Positions 1 through 12,296 of a stretch of 64,000 bases of DNA are shown one piece after another. Numbering within the stretch: position 1 is the stretch's first letter; each line of letters starts with the position of its first letter. The position numbers and the translations under genes were made by a program. Under the pieces are notes generated by a model, which made no database searches, was not told the origin of the DNA, and worked only from the letters and a program-made list of their open reading frames with translations. The DNA is from Dipteris shenzhenensis (Eukaryota), in assembly GCA_047967505.1 (NCBI GenBank), contig CM106538.1, one strand, 5' to 3'.

Positions 1-556
1 AATCATTTTAGCCTCTTATCTCTCTTTTAGCTCTAGTGGCTGACACATACATGCCGTGAATTGCACAGTGCTTGCTTAACTATAACAAATGGCATGATCA
101 CACATGCACCACACATTTTACAGAGACATATCAAGATGAAAATAGCAGCTCCACCACCAGTCCTAACAAGTGACCATGCTCTCCTACTGATGTTTGAATC
201 CTTCCTTAGACTCGTCTGGGGCCCAAGTGAGTTGCTTCTGCTCTTTTGAGCGGCAACAATGAAGACCCTGAGATGTTGAGAGGAGATACAACTGTCCCAC
301 TTCATAGTCAAGGCATGACCCATCTAGGCCGACCTGACTGTGTGTGGATAGACTGACCAATAGGTGGCAGGCTGACCGGAAGAATGCCGACCTACCACGC
401 GGTCCAACCTGCCTATCATCAGCCAACCAACAGACGTGGCCATATGCCACTCATCAACTGACTTGCATAGGTGCCATATGCCACATCATCTCGTATCGAA
501 GGTATATTTATGTATTAATATAAAATATTGGTGAAAGTTTATCGAGCTATTTTTTA

Positions 557-633
557 AAGTTTCACAATATTGATAGCATATAGCATATTTAAAGTTTCAC
601 AATATGCTATATGCTATCAATATTGTGAAACTT
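557..633. repeat. Perfect 33-bp inverted repeat with 11-nt loop
   Basis: 557-589 aagtttcacaatattgatagcatatagcatatt is the exact reverse complement of 601-633. Confidence 0.9.
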
Positions 634-993
634 CAAAAATTTTCACATAAAAGTTTCAAATTCTAGTGAATGTTTCAAACATTTATTTTTTTAACGGCGT
701 ACAAACTTTCCACACCAATATAAACGTTTCGCTTCTTAATGAAACTAACATGAAAAAATCATCCTTGAATGCAATGTGAAATATATTGCCCAAGCCATGG
801 AGACTTTAAAAAAACTCCTTGAGTAATAACCACTAGGATTTCTTTCTCACCCAATCGTTGTAACAACTAGGGTTTAATCTTCAACATAAGTTTCACCTTT
901 TTGCTAGGCAAAGAATGGACGTCTTCATCATCCTCATCTTCTTCCGTCCCTCTCTCCTCTCGCCAAGTTAAAAAGGCTTAAGATAGACTGTAC

Positions 994-1320
994 CGGGTAT
1001 GACCTGGATCTTCAAGGCCGAGCCATTGATAAGGGAACCATACGCATCAACTGCAATATCATAGGATCCGGCTGCTGTAATGTTGAAATATGCGAGGTAC
1101 GTGCCCACCGATGGATCATATGGTCTTGCAATCGCACTGCGAGGCCAGGCGATCCCCTCCGGTAATGGAGTTATCGTAAAATTCACTGGTTGCACAAAAT
1201 ATGATACGCCTTCTCCTTGTGAATCTTGTGCTTTCACATACACCTGCAGCCTGTCTCCCGCAGTAGTTGCACTATTGGACGGCTTTATGACGGCTGTACA
1301 GAATCTAGCTTGTACCCACC
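994..1320 (-). CDS. GEX2: GEX2-like exon J (327 nt)
   Basis: cgcag|GGTGG ... CCCG|gtaca; GWVQARFC...TAGDRLQVYVKAQDSQG...AGSYDI...GSALKIQVIP. Confidence 0.8.
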
Positions 1321-4300
1321 CTGCGATCGTAGACAAATAATGCTTGTCATCCTAGGGAAATTTAACGTTGTCTGATGTCAGGGAATCAATTTACAAATTA
1401 CTTCCATATAATTTCCTACGTTCAGACACAGTGCAGAGTAGCATTCGCAGACACCGCAGTTAATGACTAAGAGCTTATTTATGCCGCGTTCAGCAAGATA
1501 GAAGTTCAAACCAATACTTTCACGTAGGCCTCTTGGCACGATCGTTGGAAAGCGAAGTTGTTCCTAGATGTCTACCTGCACGAACTTGAGCTCGAAATGG
1601 GTTTCCAGAAAGAGCCAATTGATTGTAGTAGATGAAGACGTTATATTTCCCTTCAACATCCGGCTTGTATGCTGCACGGCAGCCTCCTTCCCTTCGGAAG
1701 CTGAACTTCTCCACTTGTGAGTCGCCGGCTCCCGTTATATTCCAACTAAGAGAGCTGTCACTGATGGGCACAACATTTCCATACGAGTCTCTCATAAACA
1801 CGATTATCTCATTCCAAAAGTTAACCGACGCCAGTGGCGACAAGCCTTCACCAACAACGATGGCGTCGTTGACGGTCGGGACACCTATAAGATGAATTCA
1901 GGATGAAAACAGTAATTCAGAAGGCGTGACAACTCCTCCAAAATGTAGGATGGACGTACCTGGACTATAAGAGAAGGCAAAAGGAGCTCCTGGTATGTCG
2001 TACGAAGAGTTCCCTACGTACAAACTGAAGTTGCCAACCTGCTGCAGTGAGAAGGTAAGAAGCCGGTATTCAGTCCGATTCTTGAAGAGAGGTTTAATGA
2101 GAAGATCAGGAACAGCCACCAGCACAGGAGCATCAGCACGAAGCACTCGAACAGTGAAAGGGTCTGCGTCATAGACAGCATTGCTATACTGATCGCTCTG
2201 CCTGATGATGAACGATGCAAGACCACCCACTCTGAATTGATTTATGCCCTTCTTCCAGATTCCACTTGAGTGCTCGATCGAAATAGGACCTGCAACACCA
2301 CCCATCAACGCTTCGTGAAAATCAACCCTTCAAATCCTGAGAGTCCTTCACCATATTTTTATTTTCGTGTATGAACAGATTCAACACAGAGAGACATCAA
2401 AGCGGCGGATCTCTCCCATCACATCTCATTGCAATGGAGTATATTCTAACATCACATATGGAGTGCTTCAACTCCACTATCCTCGCGAGATCTGCATTAA
2501 GTGAGTTTAATGCATGGATTCGACATGCAATCGTGTATTTTAAAGTTGACCGAATCTGAATGAAGCTTACTCTCATCAAAGAGAGCGAGGGAGAGTCTAT
2601 CCGAAGACTAAAAGAAGCTGATAGTACAATGGACTGATGAGTAGAGCCACTAAACAAGCATCAACACCCAGGACAATACAAAATCCATCCATGATCTATA
2701 ACCGTCGGACCCCCAATAAAAGAGAAACTCTTTGAGTGGAAGCCAACGAGAGTGCCAGCCCTAGACGGGGGCATCGATGAGAGAGAGAGAGAGAGAGAAT
2801 AATGCCTATGGAAGAGGGGAAAAAGCCTCTTATCTATCACACCTTTCAAAAGACTACTAATGGAACTTGGAATTGCAAAGCCCATGTGTCACGAGGAGTT
2901 CTATCATGTCCTAGGCATGAGTAATATGAGCTCAAACTACAATCCCACCTAGAGTTGGCACGATGCTCTATGAAACATGTTTGAGATATGTTAGCTTCCT
3001 ATGCTCCTCTCCACGAGATGCACTCGTCGGCAAGATACTGCAATCTCCACGACGTATGGTGTGAAGCAGCAAACTAACATTGGGGTGCATCCGATCTCCT
3101 ACTGATCTGGTGTGCTTGCAATTCAAGGTCTCATTCCTAACATGTTCTCCTATGAAGAAGTTTGTGATCTATTGTCTAGGACTGCATCCTATTGTAGGGC
3201 CTCATGAGTCTAGACATGAGTTAAACCTCTAGTCTAGGTGTTTATGGGTGATGGGTTAAAGGTAGTGATATCTTCCCCAGATCTCAAAATACCTAGGGCA
3301 TCGCATTAGTGTAGCTATAGTCAATGAACACCTTATATATAAGGCAAATATCACTACCTTTTCACCCATAGATACACGATCATCTAAGTCCCAAATGGTT
3401 ACATGGCAGAAATCCTTGATACCTATGTTGTGGGTCTACCCCCCCCATATGGCAAACATAGTAAAGGCGTATATGGAGATAAAGGCCCTCAATAACATGC
3501 CTTGCCATTAGAAGTATCTAGAAATAATACGATACTAAATGGTCAACAACATAACATGCCTTGCAGTTGGAAGCATGAGACTCATGCATGCCAGCATTGC
3601 TACTCAAGGAGGAGAAGAAAAAGAAGAAGTGATTGTGGTAGTTGAGACTAATTTTCACACCCTTTCACAACAAAGTGTTCTATTAACTCAATAAATTCAT
3701 AACAATTATTAACACATTAAAGATGTTCTATTCAACATCCATGTCTGTTGGACAAATGACCTTTACATCTTAAAGAAAACTTATGATTTTTTTCCATAAA
3801 TGGACATTTCCATGATGCCTAGTTCAATCCCAAATTTGAAATCAACATTCATCCTAGTTGTTAGTGCCAAAGAGGGACAAAGGTGATGGTGTAACCATGA
3901 TGTATGAATATTTTTTTATAATGTCTTGGCCTTGTAGTTTGATCATAGTCAAGGGAATTGTCTCATACTTTTTTCCTGAGAGAAGTATTTACTCCTTGGC
4001 ATTCCCTACTTACTATACATCAACCTCTATTTGGCATGGTGTAACCATGACATATATGTTTTTTCCCATGCCAATAAATTTTCCATTACAATTTTACAAA
4101 ATGTAACCATGATGTATAAATGTTTTCCCCCATCATGGTGTAATCGCAATGTATAAATGTTTTCCCCAATGCTAATAACTTTCCATCTTCCAAACTAATT
4201 CGCTGGCAAGCATAAGGTAAGTCAAGAGTCCACAAGAAGCAACAATGTCAAAATATTAAGCGAAAAAGGTGAAATATCCATTATGTCCCTTGCAAAGGGC

Positions 4301-7300
4301 ACATACAAGAAAGTTTGGGACACAAGAGCCTCACATGGATGGAAAAGTAATTTAATGGTTAGGAAAGAATGGGTTTGTGTATGGGACACAAGAGCCTCGC
4401 ATGAAAGGAAATGTTCTCACACACCCTAATATTCTGCACCAATGGGCCTTGTAGTGGCATAAAATGTCCTTATGAAAAACCTGGCAGCAACACTCTCCTA
4501 ACCAAACAACAAACTTTAGCCACAACATAAGGAAGAATGTGAAGGGATTCCGTCTTTGGAGAACTATCTTTTCAAACAGCAAGCATGCCAATGCTCACCT
4601 ACTCTCAACGAGATTGAGAATAGGATGCAGTCCAAGGATTTTTAATGAACCCTTGAACTTTCAAATTATTTTCAAGTTGAAAAGAATGATCATGTTATGA
4701 GAGAACTCTTCTGTGAGTTTGATAATGTGTTTTGAGATGACTTGCTTGATGTTGAGTAGAAAGGTAGATCTTAGGATCCATTGCACCTATATTCAAACCC
4801 ATGTACGACTTAGTAAAGTGGGAGAGTATTTTTAGGAAGAATTAAACTCATCAAAGTATTACACATTAGACTTCGTCACTTTGATATGTTTAGGGAGACA
4901 AAATAAACTATGTGTTATACATAGATTATAGAGGTTTAAATAAGGTCACCATTAATAATATTAAGTTTTACATGCTATGCATGGATGAGCTCTTTCGGCG
5001 ACTTCAAGGAGCTTAGCTTTTTCTAAAGATTCATCTTATGTAGACATCATCAAGTTTAGATCAAAGTAGAGAAAGTGTTGAAAAACAACAAACTTGTTAT
5101 AAGCATTGAGTAAACATTTAAGTTTTTAGGTTCAAAGTTAAGCCTTTTGCTTTAAAAAATATTCCAATCACTATCATAATCGTTGCAAGTAGGTGTTGAG
5201 ATCCTCCTATTAGGATGATGCATATATTGCAGTATTTCATAATTCATAACACTCGGCATCAGCAATCCGACAAGGAAAGAACAAAAGAAGCGTTTTTCAA
5301 ATGTTTTTAAAATCACTAAAAACATAAACTATATCTCCTAAGGGGAGGGACTTGAAACAATGCAATTACATGTATCCCTTGCGACACTTGAGGACAACAC
5401 GCCGCAAAGCCCCTTCTGGCTACTTTGAGAGTGGAAACTTTCAAGATAAAGAGTAGGACTCAAATCGTAGAGAATATGATGAAGAAATTAGAAATGATGC
5501 TTAATTTTTTCTTTATTAGCTTGTGTAGGTATCTCAATCAATGTTTATGGCCACATAAAGATGTGATCTCACCATACTGAAGACAGCGTTAGTGTGTTTT
5601 GTGTGAGGGGTATAGTGTGTTTAACATTTAGAGATATCGAAATGCGAGTATGTGCAACATCCTTACCAATGGGCTAGTTGATGGAATCTAATCTAAGGCC
5701 CTTATTACATCGGCTTTTCTCAATTTCCTCATTTAAAATAGGAATCGAGTGGATAAGACACACTTTCTCCAATCGTGAACCAAGGCCTCCAGAACCCAAG
5801 ATAGAGTGCGGGTTATGAAACATGAACGCTGTCTTATCCTAGTTTAGATTGATTTCATTGGCTATTTCTATCCTCTCCTAGAGCAAAGAAGGTCCATTAG
5901 GTTTAGGATGGGAAATGAATTCTTTTTTACATAAATAAGACCCTATGTGCTAAAGATCATAAGTGCTCTTCCTAATCTCTTCCTAATGCACTTTTTGGGG
6001 ATGCTAGCCGCTTCAACTCTCTATTAGATATGGCCGACAGCTATTGGGCTAGGCAAGCCTCTTCGCTATTTGGAATGTGAGGAACAACATGGCATCGAAA
6101 AGGAATCTTGATCCTAGATCAGTTTTGGATGTAGTCAATGACCGTTGTTTAGAACTTTGCTTGATGATGCAAGGTTGCCCTATATAGGCAAGTAGGAAGA
6201 TCTGTCCAGAATGTGGCTAAGAGTAGACCTAGTCAAAGATTTGGGTTAAAAGGTTTTCTCTTTAGCAAAGCTTTTTCTTTCTTTTTTTATAGTGAGGCCT
6301 TTGTTTGCTCAATGGACTGAATTTTTGGCCTATCCCAGTTGGGCAAGCCTTAGTGACGATGTTGGGGTTGAAAGGAAATTCTACCATTTCACTCAAGCTT
6401 TACTCTCTCTCTCTCTCTCTCTCTCTTTCTTTCCCTAGTCCGGATCTCCATGCCCGTACCACTTGTAATCCTTCCTCCTTCTCTTCTTCTACTACTCATG
6501 TTTTTTGTTGTTGCTTTAGCTGGTGGTTCAGCCAACCTGTTGAGGCCTTATGAATGACAAAAGTCATTCATTTCTTTCACTTGTTTAATTTTTTTCAAGT
6601 ATGTACGTCCAATGGTGGGAAAGCTTCATTGAGAGTAAAATTTGCGCAAATTTTGCTGCAACATGTTTGGCATTCGTCCTATTATGTATGTATACTTATG
6701 CTTTGAACCAACATGCAAAGTTTTGGGCGAGAAGTAGATGATGGAAAGAAAGTGGAAGCAACCTGGTCCATACCTTGCTCGTAGCTGAACTTGAAGGGTG
6801 ACGCCGTCATACTTTTGAGCTTGTTGCGCACAGATAACAGATAATACCCGCTTGCATTCAGCGAGAATCTCAGCATCTGTGTCCCCAACGTCTCCGTTGC
6901 CACTTTCTCAATGCTCAGATCTGGAGTTGCTACCACAGATTTGTTTACACTATCATAAACTTCTCCTTGGAATGCGAACGGATTGAACGACAGGTTGGTG
7001 CTCGAAACATCTTGCGTGCAGTATATTAGAAATCTAGCGGTGCTCCCCACTGGAAATGTATGTTTTCCATCTTGCCATTCTCCGCTGCATTCAGGAATAG
7101 TGATCGATCCTGCAACTCTCGGGATGATTTGATGTTAAAGAGCACGTTACAAATTGCTGCAAAGATCTGTAAAGCTTCAATGCAGCATCGTTTGGGAAAT
7201 AAATTGCTACAGCTACTGCAACAAACTCCAATGGGAATGCAAGCAGCAAGAGCTACCGTAGCTCACTAAAAGCTTCAAAAGGCCGCTGATCTTCTGTAAA

Positions 7301-10300
7301 ACTTTAATGGGAATCATTCGGGAAGCAAATGGCTAGAGTTATTGTAGCAGACTCTAATAGAGATATATTTGTAAACGAATACTTAAAGTTCGATAACGGC
7401 CGGCTTACCTTGTGCACATGTGAATGGAAACGGTGATCCGTATATTTGTTGCCCTTGGCCTTGGACTCTGAGCAGAAAACTGCCCTCCTCCCAGATTTGA
7501 AAGCTCAGTAACTGATTCTTGGTTGGCGTGTCGCCCCATAACTCTATTAACATGATAGGAGTGAAGATCGGTTGAGACTCGCCATCTTTTATCACTTCAG
7601 CGTTGAAGGAAGCAGCGGTGGATGCATTGCTAGAGGGCACCTCATTTCCATATCCGTCCCGCTGTGTTATTACGAACCTTGCAACTTGTCCGGTCTGTAT
7701 ACTGCAAACATTATTTTCCCACTTTCCCGAGCAGTTGCGGATGGATATGGGTCCTGCATGCGAAGGTGATGCAATACTCTATCAATCTGAATTCCGAGAT
7801 ACTGGGACAAAAAATGCACAAGTTTATTTGGAAAGACGAAAAAATACCAGGATTCACAGTCATGTAGCGTGGATCGCCGAGGGGAATGCCGATCCATCGA
7901 GTCATGATAACGTAAGTGCCCCAAATCTCAGGCATGTAGCTAACGTTGAATTCCCCCGTGTTGTTAGGGACAGCAGTTATGATGGGTTTAATTTGCGTGG
8001 TGCCTCCAAATTTGAAGATTTGCACGTTGAGTGAGCTTACGTGCGAGCCTTTCGGTGTCCCCTTATCGTCGCGGAGTCTCATTAGGTAGTAAGAGAGAGT
8101 GCCTGCCGTGGAGGCCTCTAGCCCTGGCCCTTCAAACGTGCTTAATGAGCTGCTTACTGGACCTGTTTATAAATGCAGTCAGCCTTATTCAATCGATGGA
8201 AGTCCCCGCCCACCCCCCAACCCGAAAACCCCTTCCTTCTCTGCTCAACAGGTGTTAACCTTCCATTGAACTGTGTAGCTGATAGCTTGAAATTCAAAAA
8301 TTAAGCTATGATATATATCTCCCTTATTCACCTCCGTTATCCTAGAATTCATAGCAAGCCAATGCACCATCTTCCACCGAAAAACACTAGAGCAAGAGAA
8401 AGTAGATTCATGCATAGAATTTAAGCACAATATTCAAAGCTGCAGAAAAAACGGAAAGGAATCCAGAGCACATCCTAGTTTGTAGGAGCTCCTAATACGC
8501 ATAGGAGGATTACCCGAGGCTAGCTATGATCTACTTAGGACACAAGCCATATTGGTTCTTGATGACAAGATGGCAAGGAACAAGGTTCTCGAGCAAACAA
8601 AGAAGCTGAGAGGTATTGAGATATGGATCTCGAAGGAGCTCACCCCAACTCAGCTCAAGATGAAAGCCCCAGAATGAGCCAAAGTGAAGGGACGCTCGCA
8701 AGGAAGATAAATGGGATGTTTACAGAGATGGAAAAGCACTTATCAGAGACTTCAAATTCAAACCCATAAAGCAGGCTGATTACCCCTCCTGCTGGATGAC
8801 ACAAACTATATCTTTGGAGTCCCACTCAATCTAGGGGATTGCTTCTACGATCTGATCAATTTTTTGTGTCATTCTCCCCTCAATAATAACTCGGGAGATG
8901 CAATTTGCATTCCCCAGTGACTCTCGGTCTATAACTGACGTTGGTGTTTTATCTTTTTGGTTGTACTTCGTCTCATAGGCCCGTGAGCCTCCTAAAGACG
9001 GTAATCTATCTATCTATCTATGTATAAAATATCTTTCTATCTGTCTATCTATTCTTTGTAAGCTGGCACTTGCCAATTTGCATTTCCAGTCTTCCTTATT
9101 TGTCGCAGCTCTGTGTTTTCATTTCTGCACAGGTCTTTTCCATGTCCTTGTTATTTCTCTTCTCTATGCTCATCCACACATCTAAGTGCAGAACTGCTTG
9201 GACGATGACTCTGTATGTTGAAGTCCATTACCCCATTTTGTTTTAGTGTTATCCGGATCGTTTACAAAACCCAAGAAGAAGTGTAAGCATATTAAACCTT
9301 ATTGTTGATCTATGATTATGCTAAGCCCTCCAACTGAGAGGCATGGCTTGACTAAAATCATGTAGGGGGGACATGGAGCCTGTAGATGGACTTTGTTGTT
9401 GGTTGTTTTATGCATACTTCAACCACTTCTATCCTTTTAAAACCAATCTATCAAGTAGCTTGTAATCTTGCTCCTTAATCCTACTCACTCTAGCGCTAGG
9501 GACATTGGCGCATGGGCATCATAGACTATTGTTCGATCCTCAGCATTACAGACTGTCATGTGTAAGGGTCTTCACTCTAGTTGCTGTGAAGAGGTCCAAT
9601 GGATTGCTTGCAACATGCAATCGAGCAAATATTTGGAGGGGAAGTACCCCATGTGCACCAGGAATTCAGGGATTGAGGAAAGATGACCTTAGACGTGAGG
9701 GAGAAACAAAAGGAAAACAAAGCAAAAAAGGGTTACCTTCAACAACATTAAAGGTGAAAGGGGATCCATGGATGCTTTGGTTGGCACTCTTAATCTCTAG
9801 TAGGAAAACACCAAGGCTGTTGAATACCAAGAATGTGAGCAGCTGCCCGCATACCAATCCCTGACCATTCTCCTGCAGCAGTTTAAACTCCATTTCTAGC
9901 ACGCGCACATCCTCTGTACGTACCCTATGCACCACCCTTGCCTGGAACACCAACGGTTTCTCCCCTTTGGACACATTCTTGCACACCACGTTCCCAAATA
10001 CATCCTTCTCTGTCACCACAAACTGTGCTAGCGTGCCTTCTTCCACGTTGCTTGTCCCATTTTGCCACTGTCCTGAACAGTTCTTCACAGATACTGGCCC
10101 TACAAAGGAAAAACAATATTCTATAATGTCAGCAGTTGCAGCCAACAGCTTCAACGTAGCTAGATCTATATAGCTAAAAATAGAAAACTAAAACAATGTA
10201 CAAAAACATCAAATGTGCACAAGCACTCCCCTTGAGCAGAAAGGTCGTGGAGTTGTTTCTGCTACTGATGGAGGTGAAACAACTCAACATAGAGCAGTTG

Positions 10301-12265
10301 AATACCAGGATCAGGGAGAACTTGCAGCAAATAGTGGTTAGCATTTGTGATTTACCTGGCATGACGGAAAAGGAAAATGGTGACCCAGGCACGGATGATC
10401 CATATACATCTGCGATTGCAAACTGAAACTCCCCCGACAATGTTGGCAGAAAAAGAAATGTCACCACACTACCCTCAAACGATGTTGTTATCCTTGTATT
10501 GTATGGATTCAAAGTTTGGAATTGCAGCTTTTGGTATATACTCACTACAAGGTCCCTTAAATCTTTCTTCACCACTAACACAGAGTTATTGAAGCGGTCC
10601 TTTAATGATAGCATTGCCACAGATTGATCCCCAGCCGTGAAAGTATTGTTATTGTTCAGCCACACAAATTCACAAGCAGTGGGAAGGATGGAACCTGCAT
10701 GGTCAATAATCAAGCCTTCTGCATATCAGCTTTGCATATGAAGGAAGATTTGAAATATGACATTAAATTGAGGGCACCCTTTCAGATTTTAGAATTACCT
10801 GCAAACACTTTGAAGTAGAATGGTGAACCATTCAAGGATTCCCCCCTCCTTAAAGAAATGCCTGCAAGGTAAAGGTAGTATTCCCCTGCTGCAGTGAGAT
10901 TGAAATAAATGTTCAGAAGCCCGATGTCACTTTGGGGAACTAATCTCACATCAACATTGATCATGTCTGTGGCATTATCTTGCACAGATCCATCCAATTG
11001 CGTTTGTATTTGTGTCACATTTGATGCCTGAATTTGAGTTACATTTGCACTCAAAGAGAGAATCTCTTTGCTGCCGGTCGCCAGACTAACATTGTTTCCA
11101 AAGGAATCCATTTGCAAAACCTTAAACTGAGCTAGAGATCCTGCAGATATTTCTTGTGAAACCCAGGATCCCACACATGCTGAGATGTTCAGTGGACCTG
11201 TGCTTGGGAGGCATCAATGGTCTCAGATTCACTCTGACATGTCCTCTGATTAGTGATTTGTGAGTGTGATTAGAGAAGAGGACCCAAAAATCAAGTAAAG
11301 ATCTTTTGAATTACTACCAATCAGAGAGAGTTTGATCCATAATTAACAACTATACAAACAATGACACAATCTGGGAATCCTCAACCCCTAATCATAAAAT
11401 ATTCCATCCAGAGTTCCTCATTGGCAGACATTTGATATCACTACGGATCTGCAGAGGTGCTTCTAGAGGAGACTTTGGAAATCCCATCGGAATAGAAAGA
11501 TCACTCTCTTCTTTTGGCTCTCTATCCATGGCGGGATTGCAGTGAACCTTTGGAGATCTAGGTTCGGAGCCGACCCTACTTGCCCTCGTTGCCTCTCTGC
11601 TTCGAAGACTATTCAGTATTGTTTATGGGATTGCAGACAGGCGAGGATGATTTGGATGGGGGTAGCCAGGATTTTTAGTCACTTTGCCCACTCCCCATTC
11701 TTTATGACATGGGGTTCAATGGCTTGGCTTTCTCTTACAGGGCCTCAGGTATTCCATGAGAGACTTGACTTCTCTCGGGCCATTTTGGTTCGATTTCATC
11801 AGATTGAGTCTTGTTCATTGGATGTGGTACCACACCTTCCTTTTACAGCTGTACATGCATCTATGGATACTTCTTGGGAGATTCTAGCGAGCATAGCATC
11901 CTAGCATATCTGGAGAGCCAGATGTACAGAGGCTTTGGAGGGTACTCAGGTTCATCCCTCGCACACTTTGGCTAGTATCTGGACAGACAGACACCGTACA
12001 TACTTTGATGGCCATATGGATGAGTATGCAGGGAGACTCCCATGCAACCTCAGCTAGGAGGGCTTCTTTCTTCAGGGAATGGAAAGATTCTCCTTTCTTC
12101 TCTAAGACTCCTACAGGGTTGAGGTGGCACTTTCAGCCTCAGCCTTGGGTGTTTTCCACCTCACTTTGAGGGGGTTTTATTTATCCTCATGATTTCATGA
12201 TGTATTCTGCTTTGAGCTTGCTCTCGTGGGTTTTTTCTCTTACTTAATAAAAGTCTCTTTCTTGG

Positions 12266-12296
<31 letters not shown>

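Noticed and set aside
1321-1351. Alternative acceptor ccctag|GAT for exon J
   Set aside because: Phase 0, incompatible with the phase-1 donor of exon I
3885-4190. CRISPR-like repeat-spacer array
   Set aside because: Repeats are degenerate and irregularly spaced, the context is eukaryotic and there are no cas genes
2640-6600. Possible DNA transposon or LTR remnants in the 4.5-kb intron
   Set aside because: No terminal repeats, TSDs or protein motifs that I could verify
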